Part shown: positions 41,355 through 49,674 of the stretch, piece after piece
How positions within the stretch are numbered: the first letter of the stretch is position 1
How the letters are laid out: each line of letters opens with the position of its first letter
Assembly: GCA_011170285.1 (NCBI GenBank)
Contig: DUEE01000002.1
Location: 64,253-128,252, forward strand
Source: Dehalococcoidia bacterium
Lineage (GTDB): Bacteria > Chloroflexota > Dehalococcoidia > Dehalococcoidales > W498
Direction of reading: 5' to 3'
Length of the DNA stretch: 64,000 nt
Program-made: the position numbers and the translations under genes
The notes under the pieces: generated by a model
Seen by the model: the letters and a program-made list of their open reading frames with translations, nothing else
Told to the model about the DNA's origin: nothing
The model's database searches: none

Positions 41355-41375
41355 ATACCTAGCATTACTAGGTAT
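41355..41375. promoter_or_regulatory. Candidate PadR operator palindrome
   Basis: ATACCTAGcattaCTAGGTAT (8-bp perfect arms) lies 22 nt upstream of the padR ATG, between a TATATT/TATTAT -10-like box and the AAGGAGG SD on the minus strand. Confidence 0.4.
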
Positions 41376-41442
41376 AATATAACATATATTACTAACCTTT
41401 TGCAACTAGGCTGAATTCAGATGTCAGATTAAATAAATGCTT

Positions 41443-42687
41443 TTACTGTGGGGGGAACTGGCTAAAAACTAAGACAGCGTTAATACCGCCAAAAGCAAAG
41501 GAGTTGGAAAGGACTACCCTTACCTTGGCCTTTTTAGCTACATTAGGCACATAACCAAGGTCACACTCCGGGTCCGGAGTCTCGTAATTGATGGTTGGTG
41601 GGATAATACCCTGGGTAATAGTCAAGATGCCAAATACTGCCTCCACTGCCCCAGCCGCACCCCACAGGTGACCTATCATTGATTTATTAGCACTTATAGG
41701 TATGTTACTGGCACGCTCTCGAAAAACCCTCTTTATAGCTCGGGTTTCAGATAAGTCGCCTAGATATGTTGATGTGCCATGGGCATTAATATAATCAATA
41801 TTATCGGCAGAAATGTTAGCATCATTGAGCGCCATTCTGATGCAACCAGACACACCTTTTCCTTCAAGGTCTGGAGAAGTTATGTGGTAGGCATCACTGT
41901 TCAAGCCATAGCCCAATACCTCAGCAAATATTTTAGCTCCCCTACTTAATGCGAATTCTAACTCTTCCAAAATGATAACTCCGCTGCCCTCACTAATAAC
42001 AAAGCCATCACGGTCTTTATCAAAGGGGCGGCTCGCCTTCTCCGGCTTCTCATTCCTAGTTGACATCACCCTCAATGCATCCAATCCAGCCAAGATAATA
42101 GGGGTAATGTCTGCCTCTGTCCCGCCAGTAATCATAGCCTCAGCCTCGCCCCTCTGGATAATCCTAAAGGCATCACCAATAGCCTGCGTTCCAGCCGCGC
42201 AGGCAGTCACCGGGCAGATATTCGGTCCCTTGGCGCCAAACTGCATGGCAACCTGGCATGACGCCATATTAGCCAAAAAACAAGGTATAAAAAACGGGGA
42301 AATTTGATGGCGAGCGCCCTCCAACAGCAACCGATGATTCTTTCCCAAACTTTCTATCCCGCCCAAGGCTGTTCCTATGGCTACGCCAACCCTGTCAGTA
42401 TTGCTTGGATTGGTGGTTAACCCAGAATCATCCAGTGCTATCTGAGTTGCAGCTAGAGCAAACTGGATGAAACGATCTGTCCTCTGCACCAACTTCCTGC
42501 CCATAAAATCCTGCGGATTAAAGTCCTTCACTTCACCAGCAATCCGGGTCCCAAAATCAGTAGCATCAAACCTGGTAATCATACTAATACCCGATTTCCC
42601 CTGACACAAAGATTGCCAGTTTTTCTCCACGCCTATGCCTAGGGGAGTTATTGCCCCTAAGCCGGTTACTACTACCCTTCTTTTCAT
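41443..42687 (-). CDS. fabF: 3-oxoacyl-ACP synthase II
   Basis: 414 aa with the active-site Cys in TACAAG plus HGTST and GHLWGAAG motifs. Confidence 0.95.
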   Translation of the reverse strand: MKRRVVVTGLGAITPLGIGVEKNWQSLCQGKSGISMITRFDATDFGTRIAGEVKDFNPQDFMGRKLVQRTDRFIQFALAATQIALDDSGLTTNPSNTDRVGVAIGTALGGIESLGKNHRLLLEGARHQISPFFIPCFLANMASCQVAMQFGAKGPNICPVTACAAGTQAIGDAFRIIQRGEAEAMITGGTEADITPIILAGLDALRVMSTRNEKPEKASRPFDKDRDGFVISEGSGVIILEELEFALSRGAKIFAEVLGYGLNSDAYHITSPDLEGKGVSGCIRMALNDANISADNIDYINAHGTSTYLGDLSETRAIKRVFRERASNIPISANKSMIGHLWGAAGAVEAVFGILTITQGIIPPTINYETPDPECDLGYVPNVAKKAKVRVVLSNSFAFGGINAVLVFSQFPPQ

Positions 42688-42829
42688 ATCTAAATTCTCA
42701 GATTAGAAACTGAACTTAGTGTAACAGATTTCACTATCCTTGCAAACAGATCGTACCCATCCGGTAATCTGGTAAGACACTTCTCTTCTTTTATGTTTCT
42801 AGAAGGTAGTGAATGTTTCTCACTATTTC

Positions 42830-43017
42830 GTCATTGCGATGCACTTACCCCCTCGTCATTGCGATGAGTCCTTCCCAGAAGGACGACGAAGCAATCTCAA
42901 GCAAACGATATAATCTTTTAGATTGTTTCGCTTCGCTCACAATGACATACTGAGAGATTGCTTCGCCCTTTATCCTTCAGCAAAGGGTGAAGGATGAACC
43001 GAAGGACTCACAATGAC
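42830..43017. repeat. MITE/REP-like nested palindrome, family 'A' subfamily 1
   Basis: GTCATTGCGATG...CTCGTCATTGCGATGAGTCCTTCCCAGAAGGACGACGAAGCAATCTC...GAGATTGCTTCG...GAAGGACTCACAATGAC. Nearly the same as 55779-55941. Confidence 0.75.
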
Positions 43018-43157
43018 CGAAAATAGCCTGACATTGATAAAAAAAGAGAGTAATAACATTGGGGTGAGCATAAGGTTGGGTTGCCCGCATTCTGGAGAAC
43101 ATAGTCTCCCCCAGTATATCTGAACTAAATCACAGAAAAACCTAAACGGCATAACCA

Positions 43158-43181
43158 ATACATTTGACGAGTCAAATGTAT
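43158..43181. repeat. Perfect 24-bp palindrome
   Basis: ATACATTTGACGAGTCAAATGTAT has 11-bp arms and a 2-nt centre. It is intergenic. Confidence 0.8.
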
Positions 43182-43347
43182 GTTAAATATTCCAATTCAG
43201 TGCTAGAATAGATAAAGGATGGCAACATTTTCTCATCCTACAGAAAGGCTGACGGCCACCACCTTTACCGGTATTTTTACAGCGGAGTCTTACTAGTGCT
43301 CCTAATACCTCATAGCGATTATACTATTTGATGAGTTGTTAGTTCAG

Positions 43348-44265
43348 TTAAATTTTTGGCTTTAGCGTAACCTGAATTTCCTTATCAGTCTTAACTACCT
43401 GCTCTACAGATGGCATTTCTCTCAAGATGCTAATTAAAGGAATTGATTTGTCTGCGGATACAACAATCTTGGCACCTTCCTCAACTGAGCCTCCAACTAA
43501 TACCAGGTGTAGATTTTGAACCTGACGCAAATATTCCTCCAATCTCCCCATCTGCTCATAATCTACTGGTGATGCTATCGTCATTTTCACCAATCCCTCA
43601 TAAAGTTCAGCGCTTAACTTTTCTTCGTCTTCCCTTTTTGCCGTCTCCTCGGCTTTCCTAGCTTCCTCAGCTTCCCCCTTAGCTTTCTCCTTAGCTGCCT
43701 CTTCGGCTTCCCGCTTAGCTTTCTCCTTGGCCGCCTGCTCAGCCTCTATCTTGGCTTCCTTCTCGGCTTCCTCAGCTTTCCTGGCTTCCTCATCTTCCCG
43801 CTTAGCTCTCTCCTTAGCCTCTTCGGCTTCCCGCTCAGCTCTCTCCTTGGCTGCCTGCTCAGCCTCTATCTTGGCTTCCTTCTCGGCTTCCGCAGCTTTC
43901 CTGGCTTCCTCATCTTGCCGCTTGGCTCTCTCCTTAGCCTCTTCGGCTTCCCGCTTAGCTTTCTCTCTGGCTGCTTGCTCAGCTTCCTTCTTTGCCTTCC
44001 TCTCGACTTCCTCGGCTTTCCTAGCTTCCTCAGCTGCCCGCTTGGCTCTCTCCTTAGCCTCTTCGGCTTCCCTTTTTGCCGTCTCCTCAGCCTTCCTAGC
44101 TTCCTCAGCTTCCCTCTTGGCTTCCTTCTCGGCTTGTTTATCGTATTTCATTTCTTTTGCGTCCCCCCTTACTTGCCTGCTATAATTATTTTTAGTATAA
44201 GCACAGTTAACAGCACTGTCAATAATGGTCAAGACTCGTCCCCGCTTAATGTCAGAAATTGACAT
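43348..44265 (-). CDS. Glu/Lys/Ala-rich tandem-repeat coiled-coil protein with a small C-terminal globular domain
   Basis: 305 aa. Residues ~45-215 are EAEEAKERAKR-type repeats. Residues 220-305 (LYEGLVKMTIASPVDYEQMGRLEEYL...IQVTLKPKI) are non-repetitive. The start is uncertain; M39 at 44151 lies behind AAGGGGGG. Confidence 0.6.
   Translation of the reverse strand: MSISDIKRGRVLTIIDSAVNCAYTKNNYSRQVRGDAKEMKYDKQAEKEAKREAEEARKAEETAKREAEEAKERAKRAAEEARKAEEVERKAKKEAEQAAREKAKREAEEAKERAKRQDEEARKAAEAEKEAKIEAEQAAKERAEREAEEAKERAKREDEEARKAEEAEKEAKIEAEQAAKEKAKREAEEAAKEKAKGEAEEARKAEETAKREDEEKLSAELYEGLVKMTIASPVDYEQMGRLEEYLRQVQNLHLVLVGGSVEEGAKIVVSADKSIPLISILREMPSVEQVVKTDKEIQVTLKPKI
43711..44070 (-). repeat. 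Three tandem 120-bp (40-aa) coding repeats
   Basis: The unit REAEEAKERAKR..EEARKAEE.EKEAK.EAEQAAKEKAK occurs 3 times with partial units on both sides. The antisense ORFs 43727-44185 and 43915-44262 are artefacts of the repeat. Confidence 0.85.
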
Positions 44266-44339
44266 AATTCATATTGAAGCTTATTATTGTTTACAATAAA
44301 TAAAGTGTTTAATATAAGATATTAAGGGGAAACAGTAGA

Positions 44340-45986
44340 GTGAGAGGCAGTAAAATTTTCCGTATCCTGGTATCAGGCATTATCCTTGTCCTGCTGGTGG
44401 TAGCATTCCCTGCTATTCCTATCCACGCCACGGGTGAGAATATTACTATCGACCCCGATGAGGGTGAAATCGGTGACAATATTGAGATTCTTGGCTACGA
44501 TTTCGATGCTAATTACAGGGTATATATCTACTTTTCTAGTTATAAAGCCGATGTCGGTGACAACATTGATGGGCTTGATGCCTATGAGGAGGTGGAAAGA
44601 GCCTTCACCACAGTCGATGGTACTTTTAATACTAATTTTGTCGTACCTTATACACTTACCGATGGGTATCATACAGAAGATGTGCACGGCGGCTACTATT
44701 ATGTATATATCACCTATCGCAACAGCGTCCGCATAGAAGCCACTGCCAAGTTTAGTATAATCAAAGGTGAAATTGAGCTAGACCCTGAAAAGGGTCTAGT
44801 GGGTAGTGAGGTCACGATTAGCGGTGAGGAGCTCCGCCAGGGTCAAATAATTACCATTGAATATGATTATGATGTTGTTGATATAGTTAGTGGGGATAAG
44901 GCAACCGATAGCGAAGGCAAATTCAACTGCACCATTATCGTCCCTGAGAGCATTACTGGCAACCATACTATAACCGTTACCGATGAATCTGGTAATAAGC
45001 CTGAGGCTGAGTTCATCGTGAAACCTAAAATAACTGTATCCCCAACCTCATCGTCTGGAGGAAACACGGTAGAGGTTAGCGGCGCCGGTTTTGCAAAAAA
45101 GGAATACATAACCGTTACCTTTGATGGTAACAGGGTTTCCACTAATCCCATAGCAATAAAAACTAATCATAAGGGCAGCTTCACTGGCAGCTTCCTTGTG
45201 CCTTCCAACACCACCAGCGGCATCAGTGAGGTAAGAGCCAGAGACCGTAGCGCCAATAAGGCTAATGTAGATTTGACTATTTCGGCTGGCATCAGTCTCA
45301 GTCCAACGACAAGTCAGACATTGCCTGGTTATGTCGGCATAGAGCTTACCATTTACGGCAGCGGATTCATTAACAACACCCTGGTTACCATCACCTATAG
45401 TAACAGTGAGGTCATCACTGTAGCTAAAGCACCTACTGATGTTTACGGTAATTTCTTGGCGACCTTTACTGTCCCGCCCAGCGTGGCTGGCAACCATCTT
45501 GTAACTGCCACTGATGTTACCAACACGGTAATATCAATCTTTACTATGGAAGCACAAGCACCGCCAATACCAGTGCCACGGTTACCAAAAGTTGCCGGTA
45601 TGTCAAATGCAGAAGCATATTTTGACTGGGAGGATGTTGAGGATGCCAGCGGCGTAACTTATGCTCTCCAGGTTGCCACTGATGCTGATTTTGCAATCAT
45701 AGTGCTGGAAAAGAAGGGATTAACTCACTCGGAACACACTATCGCTAAAGAGGAGAGGCTAGAACCAACCAAGAAGAAAACCCCCTACTACTGGAGGGTG
45801 AAGGCAGTAGATAGTGCCTCCAACGAGAGTGATTGGACACACCCGGTGTTATTCTATGTTGGCTCTTCTTGGACTTCAGTCTCAAGCTGGCCCATCTATA
45901 TATGGATAGGTCTTGGTGTGGTGTTACTCACTATTCTTGGCTTCTGGTTGCGAAGAAGACTCACCCAGCATCGAGATATTGGGTAA
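44340..45986 (+). CDS. Membrane-anchored surface protein with four Ig-like (IPT/TIG-type) repeats and an FN3-like domain
   Basis: 548 aa with an N-terminal signal/TM. Repeats start ITIDPDEGEIGD.., IELDPEKGLVGS.., ITVSPTSSSGGN.. and ISLSPTTSQTLPG... They are followed by YYWRVKAVDSASNESDW and a C-terminal TM plus RRRL. Confidence 0.7.
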   Translation: MRGSKIFRILVSGIILVLLVVAFPAIPIHATGENITIDPDEGEIGDNIEILGYDFDANYRVYIYFSSYKADVGDNIDGLDAYEEVERAFTTVDGTFNTNFVVPYTLTDGYHTEDVHGGYYYVYITYRNSVRIEATAKFSIIKGEIELDPEKGLVGSEVTISGEELRQGQIITIEYDYDVVDIVSGDKATDSEGKFNCTIIVPESITGNHTITVTDESGNKPEAEFIVKPKITVSPTSSSGGNTVEVSGAGFAKKEYITVTFDGNRVSTNPIAIKTNHKGSFTGSFLVPSNTTSGISEVRARDRSANKANVDLTISAGISLSPTTSQTLPGYVGIELTIYGSGFINNTLVTITYSNSEVITVAKAPTDVYGNFLATFTVPPSVAGNHLVTATDVTNTVISIFTMEAQAPPIPVPRLPKVAGMSNAEAYFDWEDVEDASGVTYALQVATDADFAIIVLEKKGLTHSEHTIAKEERLEPTKKKTPYYWRVKAVDSASNESDWTHPVLFYVGSSWTSVSSWPIYIWIGLGVVLLTILGFWLRRRLTQHRDIG

Positions 45987-46179
45987 TCTCGCCTCTACAA
46001 TAGGAAACCGGGCGATAACCACTAACAAACCTGAACCCAAGACACCCTCTATATGACCCTATATTCCTATTACTATTTCCTATGGTCTATAGCCCATTTG
46101 GGTCATTGCATTTAGGAAGTAAGATAAACTATAGTAGTAATAGTTAAGTTTAAGTTATTTTTAGGGAGGAAAACGAAGC

Positions 46180-46383
46180 ATGGCAAGTCCTAATGAGACG
46201 AACATAATGCTGACAATAAGCGACGTAGCTCGCCTTCTCAATGTGCATATTAATACAGTAAGGCGGTGGAGTAATCAGGGAATACTAAAGGCATACCGAA
46301 TCGGCTCACGAGGTGATAGAAGATTTCACCAGGAGGATATCGACAGCTTCCTTTCCCAGCAGACCGAAAATAGCCAGCAGTGA
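46180..46383 (+). CDS. Excisionase/MerR-type helix-turn-helix DNA-binding protein
   Basis: 67 aa. LTISDVARLLNVHINTVRRWSNQGILKAYRIGSRGDRRFHQEDIDSFL matches the Xis-family HTH_17 pattern. Confidence 0.75.
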   Translation: MASPNETNIMLTISDVARLLNVHINTVRRWSNQGILKAYRIGSRGDRRFHQEDIDSFLSQQTENSQQ

Positions 46384-46473
46384 TAGGAAGTCACTAATTT
46401 AACAAATAGGCTCTAGGAGCAATAATAGGAAACCTAGTCAGAATAATAACAAAAATGTTCTAGTGAGGTAGCA

Positions 46474-47157
46474 GTGAACGGAATCACAGTAATGATAATT
46501 GATAAGCAAGCGTTTTTCCGGGCTGGTATGTGCCAGGCACTATCTCGGCAATCTGATTTCAAAATAGTAGACTGTGACCCATCTCAAGAGCCATTGGAGT
46601 TAATTGAAGCCAATTCTCCAGATGTTGTCCTGCTGGACATTGACTTTCCTGTTCTCAGCGGGCTTGAACTAGGTAGAAATATCGTACGACGCTACCCAAG
46701 TACTAAAGTGGTGCTACTAAGTTCCAACCATAATGATGACGAGCTTTTTGAAGTTATCAAAACTGGAGCAGTAGCTTACCTCAGAAAGAACACCACTGCT
46801 GAAGAGCTAGTTAGCATTATACACCGAGCTTGTAATGGTGAATACCCTATAAATAACAGCCTTATAGCTAGACCAAAGGTCGCTGAACATGTATTAAAGC
46901 AATTTCAAGAAACAGTATCAATGGGAAAAAAGATCGACAGTCTAATTGCCCACCTTACCCATAGGGAGTCGCAGATTCTAAACTACATTGCTAATGGCAA
47001 CTCAAATAAACAAATCGCCCGTATATTAGAAATCAGTGAGCAAACAATTAAGAATCATGTTAGCTCCATCCTTCGCAAGCTAAATGCTAATGATAGAGCC
47101 CATGCCGTTGCCTTAGCCATGCGCAACGGCTGGATTTCAGCGGAAGTAAAACCATAA
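46474..47157 (+). CDS. NarL/LuxR-family response regulator (REC plus HTH)
   Basis: 227 aa with receiver Asp in VVLLDIDFP, the S and K positions present, and a C-terminal LTHRESQIL..NKQIA..ISEQTIKNHVSSILRKL. No adjacent kinase. Confidence 0.88.
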   Translation: MNGITVMIIDKQAFFRAGMCQALSRQSDFKIVDCDPSQEPLELIEANSPDVVLLDIDFPVLSGLELGRNIVRRYPSTKVVLLSSNHNDDELFEVIKTGAVAYLRKNTTAEELVSIIHRACNGEYPINNSLIARPKVAEHVLKQFQETVSMGKKIDSLIAHLTHRESQILNYIANGNSNKQIARILEISEQTIKNHVSSILRKLNANDRAHAVALAMRNGWISAEVKP

Positions 47158-47279
47158 TAGGCATATAATAGGATTTTAATGAAATTTAAGAGTCAGTTTT
47201 ATGAGCAATTTACTCTAGTAGCCTAAAATGTGGGCAGACGACTTGCCTCAAGGAAATATTGGGAATAAGGGTGAAAGTA

Positions 47280-47308
47280 TTGACTTTTGGCAATTGGCAG
47301 ACTAGACT
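47280..47308 (+). promoter_or_regulatory. Candidate sigma-70 promoter for the pilB operon
   Basis: TTGACT-17 nt-TAGACT, about 40 nt upstream of the pilB start region. Confidence 0.4.
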
Positions 47309-47346
47309 TTGTCTTATTTGTTGATAGAGGAGGTTAGGCATATCAA

Positions 47347-49662
47347 TTGGAAACCGATATGGAGCTAAGAGCCCAGATTAGAGAGTATCTGCAAAATCAG
47401 GGCTATGAAATAACCGAGGGGGCTAAGCTCCCCGGGAAATCAGGTGTTGAGCATATGTTTGACATACTGGCTCAAAGAGACGATGGTTTTACCAACCACA
47501 CCGTTGCCGTCTATATTGCTGCCGGGGGTGATAGGGAAATGGAGGTAGACACTATTTTCAGCTTTGCCAACAAAGCCTATGATGCTGGCATTCATGACCG
47601 AATCCTTGTTGCCACCCCTGAACTTAGTCAGGAGGCGAAACAGTTGGCTCACAAGCAGCGGATAAAGATTATGGATGGAGAACGAATAAAGTCATTATTA
47701 GATTTAGAGCCTGCGCCACCGGTTAAACCAAAGGAGCCCCTTAAGTTTGAAACAAACGAGCAATTAGTGATATCTTTAGCCAATCTGGGCTATAGAGTTG
47801 AGGAGAAAGCCAGAGTTCGAGGCCGGTCAGGAGTTGAATATACCTTTGATATATTGGCTTATATTGACATTGACCAGGTTAGTCACGGGCTAGGTATAGA
47901 TTTCCTGAACGGGGAGAAGGAAGTGAGTCTGGAGCAGATATCATTATTTGATACTAAAGCCTACGATGCCGGCATTGATGATAAAATCATTGTGGTATCA
48001 GCAGGGCTTAGCCCTGAAGCGCGGCAATTTGCCCAGCTACAGCAGATAAAAGTCCTTGAGGCAAACAAAAAAAACCCTTCTCAACCCACGGTGACTGAAG
48101 AAAAACCTGCCCCACCCAAGGAGAACCCGGCTAAGTTAGACGAGTTAGTAGCCCCAGCGGCTAAGTCTATGGTCAAATCTTTGAGGCATGCACCTCAGAC
48201 TGAAACATTGCAATTGATTCCTGAAGTGATGGCGCGAAGATATAATGCCATACCCTTGACTATATCTGATAACACATTAGAGGTGGCTATGGCAGACCCA
48301 ACCGACATCTTTGCCCTGGAGGCTTTCTCTGCCCTGAGCCAGATGATGATTAAGCCTATAGCCGCCAGTGCCAAGGCAGTCAGGGAGGCTATTGACTTTA
48401 ATTATAAAGGCTATGGCGCAATTGAACAGCAGCTTTCTCGTATCTCTACCCCCAGTGACGCAGTTGAAGACAGATTTGACATCAGGGTTGATACTGATGC
48501 CCCTCTGGCTCAGGCTCTTACCCTTATTATTGAAGAGGCAATCAAAGCCCGCTCATCTGACATTCACATTGAGCCTGAAGAGGATAGGTTGAGGATACGC
48601 TATCGTATTGATGGCACTCTTCAGGATATGATGTCTCTGCCTATGACCATACATCCGGCTCTCATTTCTCGAATCAAAATCCTGTCCGATATGAATATTG
48701 CTGACCGTCATCGTCCACAAGATGGTCAGTTTTCTACCGAGGTAAAAGGGCGACAGATAGATGTGCGAGTAGCTACTGCTCCCATTGTTAATGGTGAGAT
48801 GGCCGATTTGCGACTTCTGGACAAGTCAATGGCTACTCTAGGATTATCCGAACTTGGTATGTTACCTTATAGCCTGGAAAAGTATGAGAATGTACTCAAG
48901 ATTCCCTATGGCATGATTCTGATTAGCGGTCCTACCGGAGCCGGTAAGACCACTACCCTATATGCTTCAATCAATTCCCTTGACTGCCTGGGGAGAAACA
49001 TAATTACCATTGAAGACCCGGCAGAGTATCGGTTTAAGGATATCAATCAGATTCAGGTCAATCCTCAAGCTGGCATTACCTTCGCTACTGGCTTGAGGTC
49101 TATACTTCGTCTTGACCCCGATGTAATAATGGTCGGTGAGATACGCGATACCGAAACAGCTAACATATCGGTTCAGGCAGCCTTAACCGGGCATCTGATG
49201 TTATCCTCGGTCCATGCCAACGATGCGGCTGGTGTGCTATCCCGTCTCCTTGACCTGGACATAGAGCCTTTTCTAGTCGCGTCAGCAGTTATTGGTGTTG
49301 TCGCTCAGCGGATGGTGCGCCGCATTTGCCCTGATTGCAGCCGTCCTATAGAAGCGCCGTCAATAGAGAGGATGGCTTATGAAAGAGAAATCGGGGAGAA
49401 ACGGACTGAATTCCTGTATGGCACCGGTTGTCAGTCATGTGCTTATACCGGTTATCTGGGTCGAACGGGAATCTTTGAAATTCTAACTATGAGTGATACT
49501 ATAAGAACAATGCTTCCCAGCCAACCCAGTAGTAGCCAGATTCGTACTCAGGCACTTAAAGAAGGGATGGTAACGATTATGAACGATGGTATGCGTAAGG
49601 TAAAGGCTGATATCACTACCCCGTCTGAAGTGCTGCGTAATGCCTACTCTGGTGACTACTAA
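47347..49662 (+). CDS. pilB: Type IV pilus assembly ATPase (GspE/PilB family) with a novel duplicated N-terminal module
   Basis: 771 aa with T2SSE_N (LQLIPEVMARRYNAIPL..), Walker A GPTGAGKT, DPDVIMVGEIRD, GHLMLSSVHAN and the tetracysteine CPDC..CQSC. Residues 7-240 are two copies of an unassigned module. Confidence 0.9.
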   Translation: METDMELRAQIREYLQNQGYEITEGAKLPGKSGVEHMFDILAQRDDGFTNHTVAVYIAAGGDREMEVDTIFSFANKAYDAGIHDRILVATPELSQEAKQLAHKQRIKIMDGERIKSLLDLEPAPPVKPKEPLKFETNEQLVISLANLGYRVEEKARVRGRSGVEYTFDILAYIDIDQVSHGLGIDFLNGEKEVSLEQISLFDTKAYDAGIDDKIIVVSAGLSPEARQFAQLQQIKVLEANKKNPSQPTVTEEKPAPPKENPAKLDELVAPAAKSMVKSLRHAPQTETLQLIPEVMARRYNAIPLTISDNTLEVAMADPTDIFALEAFSALSQMMIKPIAASAKAVREAIDFNYKGYGAIEQQLSRISTPSDAVEDRFDIRVDTDAPLAQALTLIIEEAIKARSSDIHIEPEEDRLRIRYRIDGTLQDMMSLPMTIHPALISRIKILSDMNIADRHRPQDGQFSTEVKGRQIDVRVATAPIVNGEMADLRLLDKSMATLGLSELGMLPYSLEKYENVLKIPYGMILISGPTGAGKTTTLYASINSLDCLGRNIITIEDPAEYRFKDINQIQVNPQAGITFATGLRSILRLDPDVIMVGEIRDTETANISVQAALTGHLMLSSVHANDAAGVLSRLLDLDIEPFLVASAVIGVVAQRMVRRICPDCSRPIEAPSIERMAYEREIGEKRTEFLYGTGCQSCAYTGYLGRTGIFEILTMSDTIRTMLPSQPSSSQIRTQALKEGMVTIMNDGMRKVKADITTPSEVLRNAYSGDY

Positions 49663-49674
49663 CTTGGAGGTTTA

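Noticed and set aside
42970-43158. 62-aa minus-strand ORF
   Set aside because: It overlaps the family-A repeat and there are no translation signals.
43727-44262. Plus-strand ORFs 43727-44185 (152 aa) and 43915-44262 (115 aa)
   Set aside because: They are antisense read-through of the GAA/GCC-rich tandem repeat. Their Ser/Ala/Leu low-complexity products are typical artefacts opposite an E/K/A-rich coding repeat.
46180-46383. Excisionase-family HTH protein considered as a marker of a prophage or ICE
   Set aside because: No integrase, att-like direct repeats, or phage or conjugation genes are present. The surrounding genes are pilus and regulatory genes.
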